Source: Spirochaetota bacterium
GTDB taxonomy: Bacteria; Spirochaetota; Spirochaetia; Treponematales; UBA12059
Length of the DNA: 64,000 nucleotides
NCBI GenBank assembly: GCA_029547205.1
Contig: JAKPPT010000142.1
Span: forward strand, 6,628-70,627
Direction: 5' to 3'
Shown here piece by piece: positions 37,748 to 48,648 of this stretch. Position numbers and translations under genes: made by a program. Position 1 is the first letter of the stretch; every line of letters begins with the position of its first letter. The notes under the pieces were generated by a model. The model was given only the letters and a program-made list of their open reading frames with translations. It did not search any database and was not told the origin of the DNA.

Positions 37748-40700
37748 TCTACATTCCCCTCATTATAGTCTGAAACAGTTTCGAGTTTCTTTATAAAACC
37801 TTTAACACGAACTTTCCCATGCTCCAATGTTTCATATAGAACAGGTACGAGCAACAATGTAATGATAGTAGAGGAAAAAAGACCGCCAAAAATTGCCTGT
37901 CCGAGCGGAGCATAAACTTCAGAACCATTACCATGCGCCAATGCCATCGGTAATACACCAAGCAGAGTTGTCGTGGCAGTCATCAGTATTGGTTTGAGAC
38001 GATTCGAACACGCGTCTAGAATTATTTCTCGAAGCGGTCTATCACTTTGAGTTCTTAGCAAATTTGCATAATCTACAAGCACAATGGCATTGTTGACTAC
38101 TGTTCCGCCAAGCGTGATCAGTGCCAGCATTGCTATAATTGACATGGAAGAATTCCATAACAGGAGTCCTAACACAACACCAACTAGACACAATGGAATT
38201 GAACTCATAATAATGAGCGGCTGAAGGTATCGTTCAAACTGTATTACCATTACGCAGTATACAAGGAAAACACTAATTGCCAGAACAATCGAAAGACTTG
38301 TTATTGAATCGGAAATTAACGCTGTTGTTCCTGCTGTATTAAATTTAACACCGCCTGGAATTTTCATGGTTTTTAGTTTGCCAATTACTCTATTCATTAC
38401 TCCTGATTGATCATCGGTTTTCAAATAACCAATAACTTCAATTGAAAAGTTTCTATTTCTGCGCTCAATAATTGACAGCGTTGGCCTCAATTTCATTTCA
38501 GAAAAAGCAGAGAATGTTATAAATCGTTTATCCCTTGTAACAATCGCAAGCCGATTTAATACATCTTCATTGATTGGCTTATCAATAAGATCTGAAGTTA
38601 TTCTTATTGGATAATCGCCATTTTCAAGCCTTAATTTACCCGCTTCCATGCCATTAAAGAGAATACGGCTTGTTATTCCGGCTTCATATGGCGTTACACC
38701 AAGAGAACCCATATATGTTTGACTTAGATCAATGTAGAGTTCTTCTGCATCCGTTCGTACGGAAAGTTCAGCCTTAAACATATCTGGATCCATATTCATT
38801 AGCTCAAGCGTTTTATTTGCTGTCTCAACTACATCAGCAAGTTTTGGTCCATAAATTTCTATTTTAAAACCCTGCCCACCAGTACCAAGAGCGAGCAGCG
38901 CATCAAAACCTCCATTTAATACCGTCACATCACAGTTAGTTATTTTTTGCATAACCTCTTTTTGGACAACTGGTATAATTTCTTGCACACTGCGTTTACG
39001 CATATTATTTGGGATGAGCCGTATGCGTGCGATAGCCCTATTAGGTACTGAACTTATTGCATTAACGCTGCTTGAGCCAACATAGTACACAGCTGTTTCT
39101 ATTTCTGGTACAAGATCATTCACGAGCTTGTTAATTTCATCTACTTTTTTAATGGTCTCTGTCAACGAATAGCCTGCTGGTGTTGCTATGCGTATTTCAA
39201 ATTCTCCAGTATCCGAAGGAGGAAGAAAATTTACTTTCAAACTTGTTAGTAAAAAAATGCCAGAAAAAAATATTGTTACCGCTAATGCTATTACATAAAA
39301 TTTGTTTTCAAGCGCAAACGTTAAGAGTTTTCTGTAAGCTGTTGTGAGTGCATTGATAGCAGCATCAATTTTATTTTGAATAAACAGGAGCCAGGCAGGT
39401 TTTTTAACCGTATCCTCTTTTTTCAGTATTAAAGACGAAAGCCATGGAACAACAATCACAGCAACCAGTGCACTCGCTGCAAGCGCATACACAATTGTTA
39501 ACGAAAGATCGTTTAATATGATACCTATGATACCGCGTAAAAAAAGCAGCGGTGCAAATACACAGATACTCGTGAGTGTCGAAGCAAGAACGGCTCCCCC
39601 CATTTCAGCAGCTCCACTTCGCGCAGCTTCCTTTTTATTATGAGTCTGTGAAAATTTATTGAATGTGTTTTCAAGAATGACAATAGAATTGTCAACAATC
39701 ATGCCGATTGCAACAACCATTCCCGACAGGGTAAGTAAGTTGATTGAACGACCTGTTGCATACAGACCAAGCACGGCAAACAAAATAGAAAGAGGAATTG
39801 AAAGACTAATGATTATTGTTGCCCGCCAGTCATGCAACACCAACAGTATTACAAAAATAGTGAGCAGTAATCCTGTAATTCCCGTTTCTAATACCGTTTT
39901 TAACGAAGTTTTAGTAGTTTCACTATGATCACTGACAATTCGATACTGAACGGCACCATATGTATTTACTACCATTGTATCAAATATTTTTTTTGCTTCT
40001 TCTACAATAAAAATTGTATTTCCTTCATCACGTTTTAAAATATCTATCATTACATACTCATTACCAGACTCGCGGATAACGATTTCGGGCTTCTGTTCCT
40101 TAATTTCAATATCTGCAACATCTTTTAGATAGATAAGGGTTGAACCACTGTACCCGACAGGAAGATTTTTTAACTCATCCAAACTCTTAAACTTGCCAGA
40201 AGCTGTAAAAGCTATTGACTTTCCCCTAAATGAGGCTGACCCCGCAGGAACATTTAAATTGTTATACTGCAATGCTTCATATATTTGTAAAACTGAGAGT
40301 TTTCTTGATTCAAGCTCCCATGTGTTTACATTTACAACAGCCTCTCTTTTGTTTCCTCCAACGATATTAATTTTAGAAACCCCATCTATTCGTGAGAGCG
40401 CCGGACTGATAGTATCTTCAAGGTACTTAGTAAGATCCTCCTTGTTCATTGAACTATCAATACGCACAGAAAAAATAGGAAGGAACGCACTTGCCTCCAC
40501 TATGTAAATTACTGGTTCACCCTGAATTCCTTCAGGTAGCTGTCCACGAATTCCGTTGAGGAGTTCTCGTATTTGAGGAAGTTTGTCCCGAACATTAACA
40601 TCTTTCCTAAACTCAAGTGAAACGGTAGAAAATGAATTCGAACTTGTAGAATTCATGTTTTGTATACCGGGAAGCGTCGACATCTGATTTTCAATTATTC

Positions 40701-40893
40701 TTGTTATATCTTTTTCTACATCGTTAGCACTGGCGCCGGGGTATGTTGTTACGATAACCGCTGAAGGAAGACCCACTGCGGGTATCATCTCATAGTTCAA
40801 TGCGGTAAGCGCAATTAAACCGAATACAAGCAGTATTGCAAGCAATATCGATATGATTACGGGATGTTTTACCGAAAAATCTGAAAAGATCAT
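37744..40893 (-). CDS. RND efflux transporter permease (AcrB/HAE1-like)
   Basis: 1049 aa with 12-TM topology and two large periplasmic loops. Conserved TM4 region: GMVVAIGMIVDNSIVILEN. Confidence 0.9.
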   Translation of the reverse strand: MIFSDFSVKHPVIISILLAILLVFGLIALTALNYEMIPAVGLPSAVIVTTYPGASANDVEKDITRIIENQMSTLPGIQNMNSTSSNSFSTVSLEFRKDVNVRDKLPQIRELLNGIRGQLPEGIQGEPVIYIVEASAFLPIFSVRIDSSMNKEDLTKYLEDTISPALSRIDGVSKINIVGGNKREAVVNVNTWELESRKLSVLQIYEALQYNNLNVPAGSASFRGKSIAFTASGKFKSLDELKNLPVGYSGSTLIYLKDVADIEIKEQKPEIVIRESGNEYVMIDILKRDEGNTIFIVEEAKKIFDTMVVNTYGAVQYRIVSDHSETTKTSLKTVLETGITGLLLTIFVILLVLHDWRATIIISLSIPLSILFAVLGLYATGRSINLLTLSGMVVAIGMIVDNSIVILENTFNKFSQTHNKKEAARSGAAEMGGAVLASTLTSICVFAPLLFLRGIIGIILNDLSLTIVYALAASALVAVIVVPWLSSLILKKEDTVKKPAWLLFIQNKIDAAINALTTAYRKLLTFALENKFYVIALAVTIFFSGIFLLTSLKVNFLPPSDTGEFEIRIATPAGYSLTETIKKVDEINKLVNDLVPEIETAVYYVGSSSVNAISSVPNRAIARIRLIPNNMRKRSVQEIIPVVQKEVMQKITNCDVTVLNGGFDALLALGTGGQGFKIEIYGPKLADVVETANKTLELMNMDPDMFKAELSVRTDAEELYIDLSQTYMGSLGVTPYEAGITSRILFNGMEAGKLRLENGDYPIRITSDLIDKPINEDVLNRLAIVTRDKRFITFSAFSEMKLRPTLSIIERRNRNFSIEVIGYLKTDDQSGVMNRVIGKLKTMKIPGGVKFNTAGTTALISDSITSLSIVLAISVFLVYCVMVIQFERYLQPLIIMSSIPLCLVGVVLGLLLWNSSMSIIAMLALITLGGTVVNNAIVLVDYANLLRTQSDRPLREIILDACSNRLKPILMTATTTLLGVLPMALAHGNGSEVYAPLGQAIFGGLFSSTIITLLLVPVLYETLEHGKVRVKGFIKKLETVSDYNEGNVE

Positions 40894-41936
40894 GGTACTA
40901 CTACCGGGCTCCCTTCCCGAAGAAACGCTGAACCCTCAATAACGCACTCTCTCTCGCGCCATTCCTCTGGAATTACAAAATAATCATCAGAAAAATATGT
41001 AAGCTCTACCTGTTCAGTATAAGCCTTTCCGTCCTGAACATACCAAACCCGGTTTGACCCTGCGAGTGCAGAAACTGGCAACATAAGCACTTTAGGTATT
41101 CGTGCAAGCTCAATTTCTATTTTTACAAACATGCCAGGCCGGAGTATTTTCTGATCATCCTGTATTGCCACCGTTACTTCAAAATTTTTTGTATCAGCAG
41201 AGATAAATGGACTTACCGATTGAATAATACCTTTGTATTGTTCATTATCATTTCTAATTATTAATATTTGAGTTATTTTATTTTTACCAGTAAAAATTTC
41301 ATAATACTTTTCCGGTATTTTTACTTTAACAATCAGGTTATTGATATCACCTATTGTGACGAGCGGTCGCTCTGGTGCAGCCAGTGAACCTGCTGTTAGA
41401 TGCTTTGCCAACACTACACCATCAATAGGACTTTTTACAGCGGTGTATTCAAGCTGTAATTTTGCTAAATCATACTGCGAGCTGTATGCATCGTACTGTG
41501 CTTTTGCCTGCTCATAATTCTGCAATGAAGTTGCCTGTGCAGCATAAAGTTGAGCGACCCGTTCATACGTTGATTTTGCATTGAGCCATGCAGCTTTTGC
41601 CTGCTGTAGCTGCAACTCATACCGTTCTGCATCGATTCGCGCTATTACTTCATTTTTTCTAACCTGCTGACCAGGTTCGACAGGTAATTCTTTTAGAATT
41701 CCAGAAACGAGTGGTAACACCGTAACCATGGTATTCGATTCTATGTGACCATTAAACGATATGGTATGAGAAAAATCACCAGCAATCGGTTTCATAGTTT
41801 TAACCGGAATGGGGATTGCTTCATAAGTTTTCTCTCGTCCAGCACGCGCAATAAAGGAGACAGAAAGTGAAACTGCAAGCAATACTACCAGACTGATAAT
41901 TTTTATAAGCGTAGAAAGCTTTTTGTTTATAGTCAT
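40890..41936 (-). CDS. RND efflux periplasmic adaptor (membrane fusion protein)
   Basis: N-terminal TM, a lipoyl/hairpin pattern (ARIDAERYELQLQQAKAAWLNAKSTYERVAQL...YTAVKSPIDGVV), and a beta-barrel C-terminus. Confidence 0.8.
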   Translation of the reverse strand: MTINKKLSTLIKIISLVVLLAVSLSVSFIARAGREKTYEAIPIPVKTMKPIAGDFSHTISFNGHIESNTMVTVLPLVSGILKELPVEPGQQVRKNEVIARIDAERYELQLQQAKAAWLNAKSTYERVAQLYAAQATSLQNYEQAKAQYDAYSSQYDLAKLQLEYTAVKSPIDGVVLAKHLTAGSLAAPERPLVTIGDINNLIVKVKIPEKYYEIFTGKNKITQILIIRNDNEQYKGIIQSVSPFISADTKNFEVTVAIQDDQKILRPGMFVKIEIELARIPKVLMLPVSALAGSNRVWYVQDGKAYTEQVELTYFSDDYFVIPEEWRERECVIEGSAFLREGSPVVVP

Positions 41937-42607
41937 GCAATTCCCCTCCCTGTTAAAAGTGGCGACTCCTGCATTGCAGCATACCCTTCCTGAGTCAACA
42001 TGCCACGAATTACAGCCTTAAGCGAATCCCGTAAGAGGTCATACTTGGTAAAATGATTTTCATCAAAATCAAGGTACAAAAGCCCGCCAATAATGTTGAT
42101 GAGCATCCAGGTAATGCGCTCTGCATTAAAATCTTCTATAATAAAACCAGCCCGGATTGCCTCTGAAACAATATTATAGATTAGCATAAAGAGTGATTTA
42201 CTCACCATATTTTCAATATCAGCAGAACCCTTGTCTTCCAGATGTGATTCTAAAGTGTACTGATACAGAGCTTCATGCTTTTGTGTCTGGCGCAGATTTT
42301 CCCTATCTAACAAACGTCCCGCATTTTTAAGATATCCAAAACCCTTTTCTACAATATGGTTTATTTTATCGATAATTTGAAGGTTTGCTGACTCCGCGAT
42401 TGCGGTGAGCTCTGCTATAACCCCTTGCATCCATTGCAAACGGACAGCACGAATAAGGTTATATTTGTTTGCAAAATAATTATATACCGTCTTTCGTGCA
42501 ACTCGCGCTCGATCAGCCGTAGCCTCCATGGTCAATCCTTCCGGTCCATGCCGGGATAGGATCTCCTGTGCAGCTGATATAATCTTAGTTACCATTTCTT
42601 CTGACAT
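41933..42607 (-). CDS. TetR/AcrR-family transcriptional regulator
   Basis: N-terminal HTH GLTMEATADRARVARKTVYNYFANKYNL. First gene of the efflux operon. Confidence 0.8.
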   Translation of the reverse strand: MSEEMVTKIISAAQEILSRHGPEGLTMEATADRARVARKTVYNYFANKYNLIRAVRLQWMQGVIAELTAIAESANLQIIDKINHIVEKGFGYLKNAGRLLDRENLRQTQKHEALYQYTLESHLEDKGSADIENMVSKSLFMLIYNIVSEAIRAGFIIEDFNAERITWMLINIIGGLLYLDFDENHFTKYDLLRDSLKAVIRGMLTQEGYAAMQESPLLTGRGIA

Positions 42608-42615
42608 ACTTCACC

Positions 42616-42655
42616 AACTATTTATACATAATATACTTGATTTGTGTAAATAGTT
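42616..42655. promoter_or_regulatory. Inverted repeat upstream of the TetR gene (candidate operator)
   Basis: AACTATTTA (42616-42624) and TAAATAGTT (42647-42655) are perfect 9-bp arms 22 nt apart, 9 nt upstream of the tetR start. Confidence 0.3.
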
Positions 42656-42699
42656 CAAGCTTTTTTTCTCTTCACAATCTTCCTGACACTATGTAATTA

Positions 42700-42728
42700 T
42701 TGCACCGAACCATGCAATCTGATACTAT
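42700..42728 (+). promoter_or_regulatory. Putative sigma70-type promoter of hisS
   Basis: TTGCAC (42700-42705), 17-nt spacer, TACTAT (42723-42728). GGAG lies 8 nt upstream of ATG 42759. Confidence 0.3.
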
Positions 42729-42758
42729 CGACATATATTGATAAATGGAGACACGCAC

Positions 42759-44075
42759 ATGAGTATCATTGAACCCCGTGTATTAAAAGGATTTAGAGAT
42801 TTTTTACCAGAGCAGGAGATTCTGCGATCTGCGCTGATCGAAAAACTGACTGATGCTTTCAAACGCTGCGGTTTTGTTCCCATAGACACACCAGTCCTCG
42901 AATATGAGGAAATACTGCTCGGCAAGGGCGGTGGAGAAACAGAAAAACAGGTTTATCGTTTTACCGATCATGGAGGGAGAGCCGTGGCCATGCGGTTTGA
43001 TCTTACCGTACCATTTGCCCGTTTTATGGCACTCCATGCACATGAACTCTATCTGCCATTCAAACGGTACCATATAGCAAAAGTCTGGCGAGGCGAAAAT
43101 ACGCAGCGAGGCCGCTACCGTGAATTCATGCAGTGCGATTTTGATATGGTAGGATCTGATACAGCTGCAAGTGATTTCGAAATTGTCTACACGATTTACA
43201 CAGCACTCAGCAACCTCGCAATTCCAGCATTCACCATTAATCTGAATCACCGCGGTATATTCAATCGATTCCTCGCATCACAGGGAATACTCGACAGGAG
43301 CGTTGAAATTCTCAGAACCGTAGATAAGCTTGAGAAAATAGGTCGCGATGCTACGCATGAACAACTTGCAGAGCTAACTAATCCTGCTCTCGCGGATAAA
43401 CTATTGGCGTTTATCGAACTCAAAGGTGATAATCTCACAATACTGTCTGGTATGACACAACTAGCAGGCGGAGAAGCAGATGATACAAAACGGATACGTG
43501 CAATACTTGATCTTGCACAGGCATCAGGTTTTGAACAATCACTAAGGCTCAATCCAAGCATCACACGCGGACTGGATTACTACACGGGTGTTGTATTTGA
43601 AACATTTATTAATGCAATGCCTGAAATTGGCTCCATTTGTTCTGGCGGAAGGTATAACGATCTTGCTTCTCTTTATACAAAACAGCATATTCCCGGTGTT
43701 GGCGCTTCTGTCGGCTTGGACAGGCTCATCGCTGCACTTGAAGCACTCGAAGTCAAAGTTCCTGTGAGCGGTTACTGTCAGGCACTCATTCTCAATCTCG
43801 ACGATACGCTACTCACTGATTATGTATGCTGCGCAAAATCATTGCGGGATGCCGGTATTGCCTGCGAAGTGTATCCTGAGACAAAAAAAATACAGCTACA
43901 GTTCACCTATGCTGAGAAAAAGGCAATACCATTTGCTATTATCCGTGGAGAGACTGAACATGAAAAAAATATCTGGGTGTTAAAAAATCTTGATACAAGA
44001 AATTCGGTGGACTATACAAGTTTAGAGGCACTCGTACAGGCATTTGCACAAACCAACATGCAGAGAAATAGTTGA
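42759..44075 (+). CDS. hisS: Histidine--tRNA ligase
   Basis: VLKGFRDFLP, YRFTDHGGRAVAMRFDLTVPFAR, WRGENTQRGRYREFMQCDFD, RGLDYYTGVVFE and CSGGRYNDL. Start moved to ATG 42759 (MSIIEPR), which has an RBS. Confidence 0.95.
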   Translation: MSIIEPRVLKGFRDFLPEQEILRSALIEKLTDAFKRCGFVPIDTPVLEYEEILLGKGGGETEKQVYRFTDHGGRAVAMRFDLTVPFARFMALHAHELYLPFKRYHIAKVWRGENTQRGRYREFMQCDFDMVGSDTAASDFEIVYTIYTALSNLAIPAFTINLNHRGIFNRFLASQGILDRSVEILRTVDKLEKIGRDATHEQLAELTNPALADKLLAFIELKGDNLTILSGMTQLAGGEADDTKRIRAILDLAQASGFEQSLRLNPSITRGLDYYTGVVFETFINAMPEIGSICSGGRYNDLASLYTKQHIPGVGASVGLDRLIAALEALEVKVPVSGYCQALILNLDDTLLTDYVCCAKSLRDAGIACEVYPETKKIQLQFTYAEKKAIPFAIIRGETEHEKNIWVLKNLDTRNSVDYTSLEALVQAFAQTNMQRNS

Positions 44076-44078
44076 TCT

Positions 44079-44801
44079 ATGGCATTGATTAGAGGGCGCA
44101 GGCAGCTTACATTGCAGAACAATTGCTTCTCACTCAGGCTTGCAATTATACTGCTCTGTAGCTTTCTGATTGCAGCTGCAACAGCATGCTCACCTAACCC
44201 TCCGCAAATACAGAGCGTGAGCACACGGCTCATTCTCTATCCTGGTGACAATGGAAAAACAGAAGAGCGGCTATCCATGTTTATCGCCGTGCGTGACACC
44301 GATGGAATTGGTGATATTGAACATGTATTTATTTACTCGAGCAATGCTGAATTGCTCTGGAATCTAACAAGCGCAAACTGGACAATACATAAGGATGCTG
44401 GCGAATACTGGATAGGAAGCAATGGTCTTGCAAGTCCATCTGGAATAATTCCGAGAGATACCTATACACTGGAAATCATTGACAGAGCAGGAGAAAAAAT
44501 ACAAAAACAAGTACCTGTGCTCGCTCCGCAAAAGCTTCCGAATAATCTGCCAGTGATTTCAAAAGGCACACAACACGGGACACTGATCATACAGTCTGAT
44601 TATACACAACTGACACTCTTTATTTTTGATTCAGGAAACAATGTTCTCAAGGCACTTCCCGTTGCTAACGGAACAATCCAGCTTGAAAAGCTGTGGGGTA
44701 ACAATTCATGGAAAGAGCAAGCTGTGAGCTGTGCTCTCTACGCATATGATGCTAGAAACCAGATAGGGATGTTTTCATGGAAAATACCAATAAACAAATA
44801 G
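44079..44801 (+). CDS. Lipoprotein, function unknown
   Basis: Signal peptide with lipobox AATAC, followed by a beta-rich body. Confidence 0.5.
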   Translation: MALIRGRRQLTLQNNCFSLRLAIILLCSFLIAAATACSPNPPQIQSVSTRLILYPGDNGKTEERLSMFIAVRDTDGIGDIEHVFIYSSNAELLWNLTSANWTIHKDAGEYWIGSNGLASPSGIIPRDTYTLEIIDRAGEKIQKQVPVLAPQKLPNNLPVISKGTQHGTLIIQSDYTQLTLFIFDSGNNVLKALPVANGTIQLEKLWGNNSWKEQAVSCALYAYDARNQIGMFSWKIPINK

Positions 44802-45505
44802 ATCCATCAGGACACATTAAAACATATGCACTGCGTACAGGGCGCATGACAGATGCGCAAAAAAAGGCATACCACACACTCTACAGTCGATATGGTATAA
44901 CTGAAGCAGACAGTGGCATTGTTTCAAGCGAGAAATTGTTTTCAAACAGCAAACCACTCATTATAGAAATTGGTTTTGGCATGGGTCAGGCAACAAGTGA
45001 AATTGCACAAAAGCGGCCCGATTACAATTTTTTAGGTATAGAAGTTCACACGCCCGGTGTCGGAAAACTGCTCATCCTTATTGAAGAGTTAAAACTTGAT
45101 AACTTAAAAGTTTTTCACGGTGATGCTTTACCATTTTTAGCAAATCACATTGCAGATAACAGCTTAGCCGGATTTCACATTTTTTTCCCTGATCCATGGC
45201 CAAAAAAAAGACATCACAAACGGCGGATAATAAATAAAGAAAATCTTGCCTTCTTTACCCGCAAACTCAAGCCAGAGGGTTATATTTATTTTATAACTGA
45301 TTGGGAAGAGTATGCCGAAAGCGCAAAAGCCATATTCGATGCAGAACCAGGATTGTATAATTCCTCTCTACATGAATCAGGCTGGGCGGAGCGTCAGGAT
45401 TGGCGTCCGGTTACAAAATTTGAATTGCGAGCAAAGCAGGAAGGAAGAACCATACGAGAGCTTTTCTATCGCAAACGTGAAACAAAACCTTCCAGCGAAA
45501 CATAG
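44777..45505 (+). CDS. trmB: tRNA (guanine-N7)-methyltransferase
   Basis: IEIGFGMGQATSEIAQKRPDYNFLGIEVH and FFPDPWPKKRHHKRR are TrmB signature blocks. Confidence 0.9.
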   Translation: MENTNKQIDPSGHIKTYALRTGRMTDAQKKAYHTLYSRYGITEADSGIVSSEKLFSNSKPLIIEIGFGMGQATSEIAQKRPDYNFLGIEVHTPGVGKLLILIEELKLDNLKVFHGDALPFLANHIADNSLAGFHIFFPDPWPKKRHHKRRIINKENLAFFTRKLKPEGYIYFITDWEEYAESAKAIFDAEPGLYNSSLHESGWAERQDWRPVTKFELRAKQEGRTIRELFYRKRETKPSSET

Positions 45506-45831
45506 TTGCTTTCGCCTGTCAGTTTTCCATTTTTATAATATCGTACATAGGGAATTTCCCTGTTATTAAAAATATTTTCCTTAAACTCCATAAATGTCTC
45601 AAACCACGGTACCGTATCATATTCTAGGTAAAAAATCATGGTATTTAAATGATTTTCGGAATGCACTAAAGATTCCACATTCTGTAAATATGTCCGCATT
45701 CTCATCCACTGAGGGCACCAGCTTTGTGTTAGTACAATGGCAACACGCGGAGCCGAGAGCAATATTTCACTATCAAATTCACCATGATCCATAGCATAGC
45801 GGCACTGTTGTTCTGTCAAAACTACTACCAT
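45466..45831 (-). CDS. Thioredoxin-fold protein with a monothiol WCPQW motif
   Basis: AIVLTQSWCPQWMRM sits at the position of the thioredoxin active site in a 121-aa alpha/beta protein. The 3' end overlaps the trmB 3' end by 40 nt (convergent). Confidence 0.4.
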   Translation of the reverse strand: MVVVLTEQQCRYAMDHGEFDSEILLSAPRVAIVLTQSWCPQWMRMRTYLQNVESLVHSENHLNTMIFYLEYDTVPWFETFMEFKENIFNNREIPYVRYYKNGKLTGESNYVSLEGFVSRLR

Positions 45832-45837
45832 ACTGTA

Positions 45838-47346
45838 TTACCTTCCCAGTGATCCTAATATACCACGAACAATCTTCCTGCCTGCTGTGCTTCCGATACT
45901 GCGCGCTGCACTGCGGAGCATTGTTTTTGCCGCCATCTGCAATAGTTCTTCGGTGATATTATCTTCACTTTGAACTCGGCTCTTTGCACGAGAGGTTTTC
46001 TTAGTATAGGTTTCAAAATCAGTCTCGCTCGTTTCTTTCCACCCATCCTTTGTTATTAAATTTTCAAGCGTCTGAGCTGCGATTCGTTTTTCTATCATTT
46101 CGTATGCAGATTCACGGTCTATAGTTTTCTCATACTTTCCAAAAACCTTCGATTCCCTGATAAGTTTTGTGCGTCCTTCCGGTAAGAGAGGACCTATCTG
46201 CGAGCGAGGCGGAACAATAATAACGCGTTCTACAATTGTGGGCACACCATTGCTGTCCAGAAACGACACTAAAGCCTCTCCAACTCCAAGTTCGGTAATA
46301 ACTTCATCAGTCTTAAATTCAGGATTTTTCCTGAATGTTTCTGCTGCTGTTTTTACCGCCTTATAATCCTTTGGTGTATACGCACGCAATGCATGCTGTA
46401 TTCTATTTCCTAACTGTCCCAGAATACTTTCAGGTATATCTAACGGAGACTGTGTGATAAAATATATACCTATTCCCTTGCTCCGAATCAGTCTGACTAC
46501 CTGTTCTATTTTTTGGAGCAGCACCTGTGGCATATCCTTAAAAAGCAGATGTGCTTCATCAAAGAAAAACACAAGACGCGGTTTTTCACAGTCACCAACT
46601 TCCGGGAATTGCTCAAACAATTCAGCCAATATCCACAGCAAAAACATTGCATAGAGCTGCGGATGCTGATAGAGCTCATCTGCAGCAAGAATATTGATAC
46701 AGCCTCGCCCTTCACTATCGGTTACTAAAAAGTCTTTTATATCGAGCATGGGTTCAGCGAAAAACTGAGCCGAACCTTCCTGCTCAAATACAAGCAATGC
46801 TCGTTGAATGGAGGCAACACTTTGCGTTGAGATTTGTCCATACTTTTGAGTATATGTCTTAGCATTGTTCTGTACATGAACAAGCATCGATTTAAGATCT
46901 TTAAAATCGAGAAGCAGGAGTCCCTCATCATCGGCAATGGTAAAAATGAGCGAAAGGACTGCGCTCTGAACTTCAGATAAGTTCAAGAGCCGTGCAAGCA
47001 GTATCGGACCCATATCTGCAATTGTAGCACGAATAGGATGACCTTTTTTCCCAAGCACATCCCAGAATTGTACGGGAAAACCCGTAAACACTGGCATAGC
47101 TACGTGGTATGTTTCGATACGTTCTTGCAGTTTTGGAGTGAGTGTTCCCGGTTTTGCTATTCCTGACACATCGCCTTTAATATCAGCAAGAAATACAGGC
47201 ACACCTATTTCCGAAAATCGTTCAGCGAGCACCTGTAGGGTAACCGTTTTTCCAGTGCCCGTTGCCCCGCTGATAATTCCATGACGATTTGCCATGGAAG
47301 ATTCTAACGCTACAGCTTGTTTAGATTTTCCAATTAAAAGTTTCAT
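45838..47346 (-). CDS. DUF853 (YjgR-like) HerA-type P-loop NTPase
   Basis: [40 protein letters not shown], Walker [11 protein letters not shown], and a basic C-terminal tail. Confidence 0.8.
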   Translation of the reverse strand: MKLLIGKSKQAVALESSMANRHGIISGATGTGKTVTLQVLAERFSEIGVPVFLADIKGDVSGIAKPGTLTPKLQERIETYHVAMPVFTGFPVQFWDVLGKKGHPIRATIADMGPILLARLLNLSEVQSAVLSLIFTIADDEGLLLLDFKDLKSMLVHVQNNAKTYTQKYGQISTQSVASIQRALLVFEQEGSAQFFAEPMLDIKDFLVTDSEGRGCINILAADELYQHPQLYAMFLLWILAELFEQFPEVGDCEKPRLVFFFDEAHLLFKDMPQVLLQKIEQVVRLIRSKGIGIYFITQSPLDIPESILGQLGNRIQHALRAYTPKDYKAVKTAAETFRKNPEFKTDEVITELGVGEALVSFLDSNGVPTIVERVIIVPPRSQIGPLLPEGRTKLIRESKVFGKYEKTIDRESAYEMIEKRIAAQTLENLITKDGWKETSETDFETYTKKTSRAKSRVQSEDNITEELLQMAAKTMLRSAARSIGSTAGRKIVRGILGSLGR

Positions 47347-47452
47347 CAGTAATCTTCTCGCAAAAAAACATCACCAAACACACTGGTTACAGCTTAGTAA
47401 GTAAATTCCATGCCATTTGCAATCGGTACCGCACCATACCACTTAAAATATA

Positions 47453-48646
47453 TTATTTTTTTATTACTCCAAGCTCTCTGCCGACTTTTGCAAACGCTTC
47501 AATTGCTCTGTCAATCTGCTCGGTTGTGTGTGCTGCCGAAATTTGCACACGAATGCGAGCCTTTCCTTTTGGTACAACAGGATAGCTGAAACCTATTACA
47601 TAGATGCCTTCATCGAGCAGCTTGTCTGCCATTGCATGAGCGAGCTTTTCATCATAGAGCATAACGGGTGTAATCGGATGAACACCTGGCCGGATTTCAA
47701 GGCCTGCTTTTGTCATTCCTTCTCTGAACCGCTTTGTATTTGCTTCGAGCTTATCGCGCAAATTAGTGGAAGCTGAAAGGAGTTCAAGTGTTTTTAGCGT
47801 ACCAGCAGCTATTGCCGGCATCAGTGTGTTGGAAAAAAGATACGGACGAGCTTTTTGTCTCATATATTCAATGATTTCTTTCCTTCCAGAAATACATCCG
47901 CCCGATGCACCACCGAGAGCCTTTCCAAATGTCGTTGTAATAATGTCAATTCTGCCCATAACATTATGATACTCATGTGTTCCGCGCCCGGTTTTTCCAA
48001 TAAAGCCGGTAGCATGGCTGTCATCTACCATCACGAGGGCATTGTATGTTTCTGCGAGTGTGCATATCGTAGGTAAATCCGCTATATCACCATCCATAGA
48101 AAAAACACCGTCTGTTGCTACAATCCGATACTTTTTATGCTGAGTTGCCTTAAGTTTTTCTTCGAGGTCATTAAAATTATTATGCTCATAGATAAAGCGC
48201 TCGGCTTTAGCAAGGCGTATGCCATCGATAATAGAAGCATGGTTCAAACTATCCGTGATAATGGCACAATCGGCATCCATAATTGGTTCAAAGACTGCGC
48301 CATTTGCATCAAAACAGGAGCTAAAGAGAATGGTGTCATCGGTTCCAAGAAATTTGCTCACAGCTGCTTCAAGCTCCTTATGCAGCGTCTGGGTTCCGCA
48401 GATAAAACGGACACTCGAAAGCCCATAACCCCATTCATCAAGAGCTTTTTTTGCAGCTTCTCGTATTGCATCATTATTGGCAAGGCCAAGATAATTATTT
48501 GCACAAAAATTTATAACTTCTTTGCCATTTTTAACTGCAATGAGTGACCCCTGCGGAGTAGTAATCACCCGTTCATTTTTATAAAGACCTTCCGCCCGAA
48601 TTTGGTCGAGCCGTTCCTGAAGATCTTTCTGTAATGCTCCGTACAT
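47453..48646 (-). CDS. kbl: Glycine C-acetyltransferase (2-amino-3-ketobutyrate CoA ligase)
   Basis: Near-colinear with E. coli Kbl: [67 protein letters not shown], and the PLP lysine in TTFGKALGG. Start placed at ATG 48646 (MYGAL), preceded by AAGGAGG. The track GTG start at 48670 is rejected. Confidence 0.9.
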   Translation of the reverse strand: MYGALQKDLQERLDQIRAEGLYKNERVITTPQGSLIAVKNGKEVINFCANNYLGLANNDAIREAAKKALDEWGYGLSSVRFICGTQTLHKELEAAVSKFLGTDDTILFSSCFDANGAVFEPIMDADCAIITDSLNHASIIDGIRLAKAERFIYEHNNFNDLEEKLKATQHKKYRIVATDGVFSMDGDIADLPTICTLAETYNALVMVDDSHATGFIGKTGRGTHEYHNVMGRIDIITTTFGKALGGASGGCISGRKEIIEYMRQKARPYLFSNTLMPAIAAGTLKTLELLSASTNLRDKLEANTKRFREGMTKAGLEIRPGVHPITPVMLYDEKLAHAMADKLLDEGIYVIGFSYPVVPKGKARIRVQISAAHTTEQIDRAIEAFAKVGRELGVIKK

Positions 48647-48648
48647 GT

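Noticed and set aside
42621-42640. On the minus strand, GTATATTATGTATAAAT resembles the central region plus XerD arm of the E. coli dif site (TGTATA-TTATGTTAAAT).
   Set aside because: The match needs a 1-nt insertion, and no XerC-arm counterpart (…CATAA) sits at the correct spacing. The region is an AT-rich promoter where such matches are expected by chance.
42804-43564. Two minus-strand track ORFs (148 aa and 105 aa).
   Set aside because: Both lie antisense to hisS, whose class II aaRS motifs are unambiguous.
45838-47346. A HerA-like P-loop ATPase (DUF853) could be part of an anti-phage defence system.
   Set aside because: It matches the stand-alone YjgR/DUF853 layout. There is no adjacent nuclease, Sir2, DUF4297 or other effector gene, and its neighbours are housekeeping genes (trmB, kbl).
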